Source: Octopus vulgaris (Eukaryota). From it: 64,000 nt of DNA. The notes under the pieces are model-generated. The model was not told where the DNA came from. It did no database searches and worked only from the letters and a program-made list of their open reading frames with translations. The translations under genes and the position numbers were made by a program. The stretch is from the NCBI GenBank assembly GCA_951406725.2, contig OX597818.1, positions 47,182,001-47,246,000 of the forward strand, in the 5' to 3' direction. Shown here piece by piece: positions 51,234 to 64,000 of the stretch; the stretch's first letter is position 1; each line of letters begins with the position of its first letter.

Positions 51234-53735
51234 TACACTTCAGTTCTTGGATTGCGGCCATGCTAGTGCACCACTTGGAAGCGGTTTAGTCATTTATATC
51301 GACCTGACTACTTATTTTCAAGTCTGACACTTATCGTTTTCAATTTACCGAACTGCTAAATTGCGGAACATATAAACAAAATCACACAGAGACACGCACG
51401 CACACATGCTTGCAGACGACCAGCTTCCGTCTGCCAATTTTACAGAGAATTACTCAACCCGAGGCTATAGTGAAACATACTTTCCCCAAGATATATTACA
51501 CAATTATGTAACAACAATATCAATAAGTATATGTCTGTTAAAATAGCGTGACTCAACCGGGTAATGAAGCAGACAGCCACTTAATGAATATCTGGGCACC
51601 CCAGTATTTCGTCCTCGTTCAGTCCTCCCTTGGTAAACTCCTGCGATCTGTTTTGTTCCATAAACCACATGAGAATGCGACACTTTCATCCGTATCATTA
51701 TTACTAATCACTCTTAATAAGCACGTTTAATAAAATCTTGTCGCGACTAAACTACCTCATTCCGCTTCTACTGTTTTTTTTTCTTTTAACATATACATGC
51801 AGAAGTGAGATGGAAATTTATCATTCATGATTTTAAGAATGATAAATATCTTCTATCTAACATACAAATTAAAATAAGGTTTTCTGACTATATTTGTTTA
51901 GAATTTGTTATCCAAACGACCAGGTGGTTCTCTATTAGTTACTTAGGTATTAATATTTATCAGAAAATTCAGTTCACATTGGAACAAAATGAAATTGAAC
52001 CAATCTTAGATGTTATTGTCATCATGCAACTCCTTGTACATCTATCTGATCATCTGATACTATCGATAATTGCTGTGATATTGACAGCGTCGGAGAATTT
52101 AGGATTTCTTTGATATTAAGGTTTTGAAAGGGTTAATAAGTGTTACCCTGCTGGTTATCATAGACTAAAAGGTTAGAATTTTTAATGGTCTGGTCAAGAG
52201 AGAAAAGGAAATACCTATGTATCCCTTCAGGGTCTCTGAAACTGATAGGGGAAGCTATCCTCAGATATGTCCACCACCCAAGAACAGGAACGATCCCACC
52301 AACCAGCTTTCAGTTTCCGTTTAGCAAATTCCGCTCACAAGATATTGGTCGACCTGAAAACACCTACTCATGGTGCCTCGCGGTGGGATCGAACCAAAAG
52401 ACGATAAGGAAATCAGGGATGAATAAAGTTATTTGACTACCCTTGATTTTCCTTGGTGGATCTATGAAACGTTTCGATAAAATAAAGAGAAGAAAAAATA
52501 AAATGATGTAATAATTGGTTTTGTAAATATATCACTTATGGTATCTTAGAAACTAATTAGTTAGCCTTAATTTCGTGAAATTACGGAGAATTGCTTATTT
52601 AGATAAAAAGTACTTTTCATACTAGTAGCACCAATAAGGTTTAACGAAACATTTGAATAACCACAACTTACATGAAAGATGGGTTTGAAAAAATCTTAAT
52701 AATTAAATGATTTGTATGTCCACCCATACTTGATAATAGTTAACACTTGAAGCATCTAATAGCTTTAATGAACATGCACTCATTCAGTTTTCCTCGCGTT
52801 CAACTATTAAGTTTCTATCATTGTGTCGCGCTTGCCTGCTGACTACTACAATCTTTTAGCCGCCGTTGCAGCAGCAGCTACTACATCCAGAATTACTACT
52901 ACTTTCCTGACACGCTCAAACTGACTTCTTACAAACTGACGACTGCACCCGTTTTCTCCACTTTCTTCACTACTTCTCCCCTACCTAGCTTTCTTCCGTG
53001 TGTGGTAGACCACTTTCTAAAGGCTCTTTCCATGAAAAATGTGAAATAGCTTTAAATATTTTTCTTTCACCTTTATATACGGATTGTTTACCAAAATGGG
53101 TTTTGAAGGAAAATCGTTCTGTCTCAAATTGTGTGTGTTATGTTTCACCTTTTTATTTTGGGTAAGTGTTTTGATTTATTAAAAATTAGGAAACATTTTT
53201 CTCTTACATTCACAGATATTTAATACGAAATCGATCATCCTGAAAATCTAACTTAAACCTATAATTAATCCTGTATATATAAACACTTATCGTAAATAGA
53301 TTAAATGCGCTTGTTTTCCAAGTAGATAATTTAAAAGGAATATTACTAATAAAGATTGAAAGAGTGACTCTCAAAAAAATTAAATCGAAACCTCTGTCAA
53401 ATGAAATCTATTTGTCAATGAAAGGAATTGGTACAATGGAGTCATGTTATCAACGATATGTTCAAGATAAGTGCGTGATTAACTAACAATACGAAATGAT
53501 ATAAAATAAAAGTGAAGCCTCTTTGTTCTGCCTGTGACAGTTGGTTTCTTTAGCTTTATTCAGTTTCTATTTATTACTTATTCATTTTCGCTCTCGGTTA
53601 ATTTAACATGCACATATGCTTATATATGTGTGTGGAGACTTGCATGTTTGTGCAAATACATTAACACTCACTATATATATACACACACATATATATATAG
53701 GCTTGCATGTTCATGCAAATACATACATTATCACA

Positions 53736-53771
<36 letters not shown>

Positions 53772-56700
53772 TGCTTGTGCGAAAAGCGTTGTTTTCCAGA
53801 TTGCTTTAAATGTTACAATCAGTTTCCCATTACATAAACAATTAAAAAATCTTTTTTTCTCTCAGTTGTATATTTTAAATGTTTTACGTTCATTTGAAAT
53901 CTATTTCATTTTTACTCCGATCGGGGGATAAACGATAGAACATGTTTAATATCAATCTTCATTTAAGAAATATTAAATATCTTTCTGTCTGATTTTAGAA
54001 CAAAAAAAATACCTGATTTTTATTTTATTATTGTAATACTGATATTTCAGCATTTAATATAAAATTTGTCGGGCCGCTGGTGTAGTTTTAGAAAAATTCA
54101 CCCAAGAACTTGATGTGCAAAACAACCCTATAGTGCGTGTCATCGTACAAAACTGTTAGTAACTGGAATGCAAGTGTCACTTATAAATATATTTTCGTTA
54201 TGAATAACCATTTGAACTGATCTGTTTGCCTTTCCTTAACGAAATATTTAGGTATTTTTATATTTATTTATTGTGGGTAATTCAATCATGAATCAGTGCC
54301 CCGCCTTAAAATCGAAATCCATAGCATGTATGTATGTCTATATGGCGAATAAAATGGAACACTAGAAGCAATTAAAATCGATGGGTTAAAATTTTCCGAG
54401 TTATTTTCGTGTTCGTGTGAATTCAGTTGAAAATTGAGGGCGAATTAAAAGTATATTTGTATGAAATATCAGCTTGTTTTTTAAAATCGCTTATCCCTAG
54501 TTGTTGCATTAATTACCCCTCTTTCTTTCTCTTTCATTGATAGTGTCACATCTGGTGGCGGAAAAAAAAGATCCTTTTGTTCAGAATTTAATTTTTAAGA
54601 TGCGAACACCCACCGTCTTTTTTACATTTTCATTATCTCATTTTAATGGAGGGTTTGCTGTAAAATGCATGAAAACTCACGGGTTGTTTAATTCTACATT
54701 TAATTAGCTGCTTGTAACAATGAACTACTCTAGCTAGTATCGAACTAGTAAATTAATAGACGGTGAACGGCACTATACTCTACTGTTTCCACTTAGCATG
54801 AAAGCTTGTTCCAGTTGCTTGCTCTTTCTAATTTAAACGATTATTGTCTTTTGTAAGAAAATCCTGACATTTATCTGTATTCAAATGTTCCAAGTGATCT
54901 TTGACAATTTCTTATCTGAACCTCCATGTTTAAACACAAGATTATTTTATTTATGAAATTCATAATTTGCTAATTATATTCCGTGTTCTATTCTGATTTA
55001 CAATGGTTAGACATGTAGTATCTTGTTTTTTTCCTTTTTTGCTCAATAAAGGTTGCTTGTTTTTAAAAAAAAATGAATTAGGAAGTAATTGCTGTTGATA
55101 AATAAAAGAAAAGCTATGATTTTAGTTACAAAATAAGCCTTCAATGAATCAGATCCAGTGTTTCAAGTATATTCTTCCGAATGGTAAATTATAACTTCAT
55201 TTCTATCGGAACTTCTCACAACTGTCTTCTTACTCATTCATCTTCGAAGGCTCTCTGTGATAGTCTTCCTGACTTCAATATCATTTATAATATGAGGGCA
55301 CAATGTCCTGTGTCATATAGTGGTATTAAATAGAAAGTTATGTTGCTAATGGTTTTCTCAAAGATAATTAGTAGCAGAGAAGGTGCAATGGAATGGGTTC
55401 AATCTGCCAATCCGAGGAACATTGGCAGCTATTCATTTTCCGTTCATCTTCGAATACTTTCTTTTCTTTTATTATTTCTCATAACTCTTTTTATTTTTCT
55501 TTCTCGTCTACTCTGACTTAATGTCGCTTCTTTTTAACTTTTTATTTTTATTCTTTATCTCCAGCTGTTTTTTTCTTTCTTTTCTGTTGACTTCACCTTA
55601 ACTTCCCTCATCTAAATAATTCTTTTTCTCTTCGCTTATCTCAATTAGCTGTATCTTCAGTTCTTTCAGTTTGCGGCTTTTATTTCCCACTCTCTTTTCA
55701 TTATCGATCTCCTTGAAGTCGCATCTTTTCTCACTATCCCGTCGATCCTAAATTTTCTCGCCACATTTTGCCGTATACACTTCAGCTCTTCTCTAAAACC
55801 CCAAGCAATTAGGCAATTAAAAACAATTACTATTTTACTCCTCGCTAGAATTAAGGAAATACAAGGTGATTTATTATAATCATTGGTTGATATTACAAGT
55901 TGAACTATTTTAATAAATTCTTTATTGAGAAATGAAAGTAAAGTATTTAATTTCATTTACAAATACACCCAAAACATTTTTCCTTTGTCAAACAATTAGA
56001 TACATTTTTAATTAGTGGTTTAGATAGGGTGTTTTGGAATGATACTATTCGAATTTCAAAAATTTCCTTTTATCTTTTTATTCAGTCTTGCTACTATCAG
56101 AAATATACTATTAGTTACATCACTCCTCACATATATTACTAAATCTTGTTTTTTCTCCTTTTGGTTCAAACGTGTTTGTCAGTTCAGTATTTGTCAAATA
56201 CTTATAGGTATTCAGTTGGGAAAATCCTTGTTGGCTTCACTTTCAAAGCATTCAACTGTAAAATCCTTTTTTTTTTTTTTGTCAACAAATCGACATTTTT
56301 TTTTTCTTTAATTTGGTGTCAAAGAAGAAAGACATCTCCCATAGCCTGTCCTGCAGGATGGGAGTGGCATGCAATACAAGTAAAAAAAAAAAATAATAAA
56401 ATAAAAATAATGATCTTCAATTAGCTTAATTTTTCTACAGGAATTTTTTGACATCAATTCAAGATATTTTTGTTGTTGTTGTTGCATTAATGTTTATAAA
56501 TTTATCTTGTAGCATTTTGTTACAATGTATCGTAATCCTAATAAATATCAAAAAATCATTTGATTTCATTATTTGTAAATTTATATTTTAAAATACAATT
56601 GTCCTTATTGCTGGCATTGATGAAATGGCTTAATTAGGTATTAAATATAGTTAATTGGTTTGTTTTTGATCAGATAAAAATTTCCAGATCAATTAGTTGC

Positions 56701-57741
56701 TAATTCGATTTAATTTAACGGTAACTTTATTTCAATTAATCAAGGTCTTTAAATTTTATGTATAATCATCTGTGAATGGGAAAAGGGGTATCGAATCTCC
56801 AGTTGGAAAGAAGTTCAGGCGTCACACCTTTGAGTTATAATCAGGCAAAACTCTGAGAATCTTGAACCTTGTAAGCTTGATTTTCTGAAGACAAAATGTG
56901 AAGTCTTGTCTTCAAGACTCTAGAACTATTTAAATCAAGTTTTAAACTGTAAATCTTTCTGTGTCCCAATACAAAAACAAGAAACTGTGTTCGATGGTTA
57001 TTCAGTTTTACAGTTTTATTGCATAAAGCATTAGTTTGTAATGCGAGATCGTTCAATAACGATATAAAAATTGTATAGTTAATATTCTCGGAAACTTTGG
57101 TCCATTACCTGTCGTTCATAGGTAGGCCATCTTGAATTACAGCTGATAATTGTACAGACCTCGTGATCCATATATCGTTTTGTCATCACAACTTGATCGT
57201 CATTGACATATTCACACACACGTAAGGTTCATTAAACTCATTGTCAAATAGTCGATGTTGGAATAGTGTTTGAAAACTGTTTGAATTGATTGCAGCAATA
57301 GAAAGGACAATTTACGAATTCATCACGCTCTCTCCTGAAAACTGAGCATGCAAAAGTAATCACAGTTGTTACCTGAGATAGAAAATAAAATGAAGTCGAA
57401 GTCTATATATAATTGGGGGAAAACCGCGTGAATTTTCTTCCTTAAACCAATATATACCAAAACATAATTTGGCTCAGGTGGTAGGGTTGTAAACATAATT
57501 TAATAGTGAAATTGATTACCACATATGTTAACGTCCAATTTCTTATGTTTGCATGAGTCAGACGGAATTCCTTAGGGTAGGTTTTCTACAACCGGATGCC
57601 ATTCCCGTCAACTCTCACCTGTTTCCTAGCAAAGTAATGTTTCCCCTACATTGAACTCCTTTTATGGAAGACTGGAAATGAATGACACCACTTATATAAA
57701 GTGAACCGCTTATAACTATCACATGATGTCAAGACGAGACA

Positions 57742-57788
<47 letters not shown>

Positions 57789-60700
57789 AACGATGGGCAT
57801 CTTTCAGTTTCCACCTACGAAATCCACTCTTTGGTTGACTTGGTGCTATAGTAGAACTTACTTGCCCAAGGTGCTGTGCAGGGTGGCTGAACTCAAAACA
57901 TTTGAAGTTATTTCAACTGCTTCCATTCGAAAAGATTTTTTGATGGCTGATCTAGAATAAGCACAGCTATCTCTCTTATAGTAACAAACTTTTTCTTGTT
58001 TTCCTATGCATCAACCATTATAGTGAGAGATTTCTGTACAAGAACTTTATTATTTGAAAATAGTATTTGTTCATGGCAAAGATAACTTTGTCTTCTATGA
58101 CCCCTCATGCTAGAGCCAGTATAGACACCTTGTCACACATTTTTGGAATAAGCCTCATCTCCTGCTTATTTTAAGATCACCTTTTGATGTTTGAGTATTG
58201 AACCATCTTGCTTTGTTGCACTCTCTCTCTACTGTGAGAAAGTACACATCCAGAAATTACTAGAGGAAAAAAGTTTCCTGGAAGCAGTCTCCTATTCAAT
58301 GGTACTGAAACCAAAACTCATGGGTAATGTGTTGGGAAGCTGCAATACCATCTGGATTATAATCCCTTATTCAGTTTTCTCTTACTTCATTACTAGCATA
58401 TTTCTGGCACAGAGTTCCTAAAGGCCACCTGCAGTTTCTTTGACTTCCGGCTGGCTACAGACATGTAAATTGATATGGGATCGTTGGTGTTTTTCCTTTC
58501 TCTTCTCTGTTAAGAGCCAGCATTTTCCTCCATAAAATCATATCAAAATATACAGGAAATGAGAACCAATTTACTGGTAATTCTTCTTCCTCTGCTCCAA
58601 TTTCTGTGGACTTTGGTTCACCTGTGATCACCATTTGTGCAGAACATACCTGCTATACATCATTAAAAAATACTCTCTTATTCGTTATTTCTAACCCATC
58701 ACTGCTAGCATGGTTGCATTCAGTATTACAGCTCGTTTCCCAAATATGGTGTTTGTACCCACATGAAATTCCACTTTATTCACCTAAACATAACCTACAA
58801 AGATTTTCTATTACTTGGGGGTTCAAATCCTTTATACAATTCCTTTTTAAATTTATCTTTTTTTTTCTTTAGCATGCCAAATTTCTCCAATTAACAATTG
58901 TTTCATCCTGTATTGAGAAGAACTATCTCCCTTCATCTCTCTCTAAAACCATATTCTTTGATCTTATTGCACACAATTTCTCTTGGCTTTCCTGCACATT
59001 CCGTATCACTGCTGATTTGATACAGGAAGTTGAAGAAACTGATTCAGACAGTTCATTTTGAACGTGTCACACTTTCATAACACTGATCCATTTAACAGGA
59101 TTTCTGTAGATAAAACCATATTTTCTACCCACTTTGCTTCCAACTTTGTGCATCTCAAAACACTTTCTGGAATCCCCTTAATGTTAACTTTGCATGAACC
59201 CAAGAAAGCAAATATTCTACTGCTTCCCTTCAGTGTACTCTTTAAGACAGACTCCATCCTTACTGAATTCTTCAACCACTGTCTTTATTGTTTTGTATCA
59301 GAAATTGAAGAAATGATTCCCTGTGCCCTGTTCCCAAGAAGGGCAACCTCTCTGAACTTCCAACCACCAATTTATTGTTCTGGCATCAAACATCTCTAAA
59401 CATATGAATGATAACCATCAATTCTCTTAGTTGCTTTCTCTGTTACCATTAGCGTAGCTTTTGTAAAGAGAAATTTACTATAGAGACTACTTTGTATGTT
59501 ACATTCAAATCAATGGTCATTCATTGCTTTTGAGAACTCTCAAAGTAATGTAGCTTTTGACATCAGCAAAGTGTTTGAATTTGTCTAGCAAGAAAACCCA
59601 GTAAAGTCAACAATTTGTTCTTTTATGCTACAATTGTAATGTTTTCTTAAGCTAATCCATTTGATCAGAGTTAAAGAGAAAAAGATTATTTGTATTAAAC
59701 ATATGAAATTAGCTAATTATCAGATAAGATTTTCCTGATAGCCTTTGAAGCTTTTATTTTATATTCCGATGTTCACACTCAGCTTTGTCCCAGATAAAAA
59801 TCTGAGAGGAAAAAAAAGAAAAAATAAGATTAGTTATGATACAATATTCCCCCTTTTTTTTTTCACTAGTTCCCGCCATCTGACTGCGACCATGCTAGAG
59901 CACCACTTCTAACAGTTTTAGTTGACCTCAGTACTTATTTGTTTCTCGTTTTATCAATTACTATTTATAAAAAGGCTGTTATCTTTTTGATACACTTTTT
60001 TTTATTTATTTAAATGACACTATAGTCAAGCATACATAGGACACAGACATTTGGTGGGCTTTTGCACACAATCTGTCTACCAAACTCTACTCACAAGGTA
60101 TTTGTCAACCTGGGACTTTAATAGAAGATTGTTCCCTGAGGTACCATATACGGAGATCTATCCCATAACCATATGGTTGTGAATCTAACTCCCTATTCAT
60201 TTAGCCATGTTTGCATTTGAGAAAAAGGCCTTTTATTATTTCATAATAAAAGACATTGAGAAGATAAAATCATAGCATCAGACAAAATGCTCAGGTGGAT
60301 TTCTCCCGACTCATTATGTTTCGAGTTCAAATTCTGACGAAGTCTACTCTGTCTTTTCATCCTTTTAGTGTTGATAAAATACGTAGCAGTTGACACAGGG
60401 GTCAGCGTAATCATCTTATCGTCTCCCTCTAAAAAATATGTTGGCCTTGTGCCAAATTTGAACCCATTATTATTTCATAATCATTGTCTTTAGAATCATC
60501 ATTGTCAGGTTCTGCTTTCTATCGTAGCAAGACATAGTGGGAGTTGGCAGTAAAGTATCTTTCCAGATATCTTAATCTTGCTTCATCTGTTATATAGTGT
60601 TAGGAAGGGCGTCCAGCTGTAGAAACATTGCCAGATCAGATTGGAGCTTGGCACAGCCTACTGCCTTGCCAGTCCCCCAGTTAAACCGTCCAACCCATGC

Positions 60701-61318
60701 CAGCATGGAAAATGGATGTTAAACGATGATGATGATGAATATATACGAGCAAAACGCCCCCACCCCCGTCCAATGGATGGTGCTGAGTTGTCAAACATTT
60801 AAACCAAATTTTCTCAAAACAACTTGTCCAACCGTCCCATAGGCCTCCCCTTTGAGAAACACTGATTTAACCTAAATTTGAGACACCAGCAAAAGAAGAA
60901 ATAAAGATAGACTTTTTTTCTATTCCAAAGAAAAACGATTTTATTCACACAAATATGCAACCAAAGAGTTTAAAGTACCAGTAATGATAAGGCTGTTGAC
61001 TGGGAGAACACAAACATGGTTTAAACAGTAAGCTTGGCAGGAAAGAAACGTGCCTTTAAGCAGTACAAAGACAACAAAAAATGGAAGGTGCAGTTATGTA
61101 CAGGTTGACGGAAGAAAAGCAGGCTTTATCAATCGCATTCTCACCTGGAATCAATTTTTGTAATTTTTTCAAGACTTATACACACCCTGATACCGTCAGT
61201 ATCTACATATCAAATTTGAATGCAATCAGATGGAGGATGCCTGAGATCCTAGAAGACACATACACAGACAGACAGAACGGATTTTAAATAAGATATATAT
61301 ATATATATCCAATGTTCT

Positions 61319-61710
61319 CAGGAGCAGGAGTGGCTGTGTGGTAAGTAGCTTGCTTACCAACCACATGGTTCCGGGTTCAGTCCCACTGTATGGCACCTTG
61401 GGAAAGTGTCTTCTACTATAGCCTCGGGCCAACCAAAGCCTTGTGAATGAATTTGGTAGACGGAAACTGAAAGAAGCCCGTCGTATATATGAATGTGTGT
61501 GTATATGTTTGTCTGTCTGTGTTTGTCCCCACAAAATTGCTTGACAACCGATGCTGGTGTGTTTACGTCCCCGAAACTTAGCGGTTCGGCAAAAGAAACC
61601 GATAGAATAAGTACTAGGCTTACAAAGAATAAGTCTTGGGGTCGATTTGCTCGACTAAAGGCGGTGCTCCAGCATGGCCGCAGTCAAATGACTGAAACGA
61701 GTAAAAGAGT
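61319..61710 (+). mobile_element. SINE family A
   Basis: Matches the other family A copies. Confidence 0.9.
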
Positions 61711-62338
61711 GAGCCTCGTGTAACCACTCCCTTCAGCTCCAACTGGAAAAACTTACATTAGCTAATGGCTTTTCATATACAATAGCCTTTCTTGGTTTAT
61801 TTGTGCTTTGACTTTGTAAGTTAACATTGCATTATCATGAACTTTTCTTAACCTATACTTCTGTAAATTCTCTGCATTCCCTGCCCATGTTTCATTGCTT
61901 TACAAAGCAATGACTTGTACATCTCATTTTGTGTTACATACTAAGATATAAACCCTTTTGTTGTGTAATCTCAATCAGCATAATTTATTGATAAATCAAA
62001 GATGTATCAATGTAGCTATGGTGATAGTGTAAATAACCTTTTAAAACTATGGGAGTGATAATTCATTTAAGATATAACAATAGTGGTTTCTATACATTAT
62101 AATGTGTCAACTTTTGGATGTCCTGTATTAGGGTCAATTGATTTTTTGTTTGTTTTTGTTTTTACTCAGAATATTTTATCTAGGTACATAGAACTCACAA
62201 TTATTGTAACCTAATGAATGAATCCATATGTGGTCATTTGACCTGCAAGAAACAGCAGTCAAATTTCTTCAAATCACCATCGTAAAAATCTACCATCTTA
62301 AAAAATAACTGACACACAGCAATAGATATGCAAAAAAT

Positions 62339-62748
62339 GGATCTTTTCAGTTTGAACGGCAGTTTTTTAAAATAATTTCTAGCGGTGTCATATGAAATTG
62401 TCACCCATAATTATGACCCTAGTATCGATCTATTGCATTTCTATCTGTTTTAGAGTTAGGGTTAAGGGAAGGGTATCTTTTTTTCTTCACAAATGTAAAT
62501 AAACCCAATCTGTTTCCTTAAACGAGGGACATTTCATATGGCACAGAATGTTTTCACCCCAATAGACGTCATTTGATTGGTTGAAATTGCAGAAATTGAA
62601 GAAAATATCTTACAAACTATAGAATTTTCTCAAGAAAGCTGAGAGAAAAAGATGTTTTATAAACACATTCTACCAGTATACAAAGTTTAAAAGTGTTTAG
62701 TTACATGGAAATTATTTTTAAAAACTGTCGGTCAAAGCGAAAAGATCC
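62339..62748. mobile_element. Merlin-like MITE, chimeric copy
   Basis: GGATCTTTTC...GAAAAGATCC; inverted relative to the 32.1-kb copy. Confidence 0.85.
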
Positions 62749-62865
62749 CACCCGAGTCTTCGGTCAGAATGCAAATGGTAAGTTATAACAGTTATAACAA
62801 TTGGCAAAAAAATAGGGTTACAAATTTTCTGACACACAGCACACAGTTATAGATATGCAAAAAAT

Positions 62866-63278
62866 GGATCTTTTCGGTTTGAACGGCAGTTTTTTCTAGC
62901 GGTGTCATATGAAATTGTCACCCATAATTATGACCCTAGTATCGATCTATTGCATTTCAATCTGTTTTAGGGTTAGGGGTGGAGAGAAGGGTATCTTTTT
63001 TTTCTTCAGAAATGTAAATAAACCCAATCTGTTTCTTAAACGAGGGACATTCATATGGCACAGAATGTTTTTTACCTCAATAGATGTATTTGATTGGTTG
63101 AAATTGCAGAAATTGAAGAAAAAAAAAACAACAAATATCTTACAAACTATAGGATCTTCTCAATAAAGTCAAGAGAAAAAGATGTTTTATAAACACATTC
63201 CACCAGTACAACGAAGTTTAAAATTTTTTAGTTACCTAGAAATTATGTTAAAAACTGCTGTTCAAACCGAAAAGATCC
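62866..63278. mobile_element. Merlin-like MITE
   Basis: TIR GGATCTTTTCGGTTTGAAC / GTTCAAACCGAAAAGATCC; TSD (C/A)AAAAAAT. Confidence 0.85.
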
Positions 63279-64000
63279 AAAAAAATCGGGATTATTCCCT
63301 GCAAAAATATGGTACCACAATTACCACACTACGTGAGACATTTAGTAACAACCTTCTCTCTTGTTTTAAGATCAACTCTTAATGCTTGAGGATTGAAATT
63401 TCCTGCTTTGTTGCAAGTTCTTGGGAATTAAAAATAGTTACAGCTATAAAATCTTTTATTTGTAGCTCTAATTACAGTTGACTTGGACAAAATAACACCC
63501 TCGCAATTGGCATTGATGGATGTTATTTTATATCAGTTAAAAACTGAAATAACTTTGTTTGGTAACAAACACTATTTTCATAAAATTAATTCTATCATGT
63601 TTTGGAAGTAATGTTAATTTTTGAAAACTTGTCAATTATCAGATTTTTAAGACTAAAAACTGATGAAACCAAGGTTTTAGCTTCTCGGTTTCATTAAATT
63701 TTTATTTTTGAAAGTTGATGTAAAACCATTTTGGCTCGGATTTGTTTTACACTGAAATGTGAAGTGATAATTTTTCTTCAAATAGATACAGGCATGGTTA
63801 TATGGTTAAGAAGCTTACTTTGCAACAGTATGGTTCTGAGTTCAGTCCCATTGTGTGGCACCTTGGGCAAGTGTATTTTACTATAGCCCTAGGCTGACCA
63901 ATACCTTGCGAGAATTTGGGTGACAAAAGTTGTATGGAAACTTGTCACATGTGTGTATTCCCCCTCCACTTGACAGTTGGTTTGTTTATGTTCCTGTGAC

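Noticed and set aside
55440-55956. Lys/Glu-rich coiled-coil coding exon on the minus strand
   Set aside because: Purine-rich low-complexity sequence with frequent stops and no supported splice structure.

Overview
AT-rich, repeat-dense animal genomic DNA. The SINE and microsatellite content resembles octopus or another coleoid cephalopod (inferred from recalled repeat families, not from a search). One intact gene can be assembled by hand: a 5-exon METTL15 (mitochondrial RsmH/MraW-family 12S rRNA m4C methyltransferase) on the minus strand, exons 18406-18200, 13874-13735, 12319-12125, 9192-8998 and 2498-2081, giving 1155 nt or 384 aa with GT-AG introns and matching phases. The rest is mostly transposon debris: at least four SINE or SINE-like families, decayed RTE and CR1 LINEs, a decayed mariner, six non-autonomous Helitrons (one with a Pif1 helicase fragment), hAT, piggyBac, Tc2 and Merlin-like MITEs, three solo LTRs and long microsatellites. 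The most interesting unexplained signal is a pair of tandem hammerhead-ribozyme motifs at about 47.68-47.88 kb, with a second copy of one motif at 24.9 kb. Other candidates are inverted repeats bracketing METTL15 exons 2 and 3, a 159-bp hairpin downstream of METTL15, and a chimeric MITE carrying the flank of a copy 30 kb away. Repeat boundaries without a quoted TSD are approximate.
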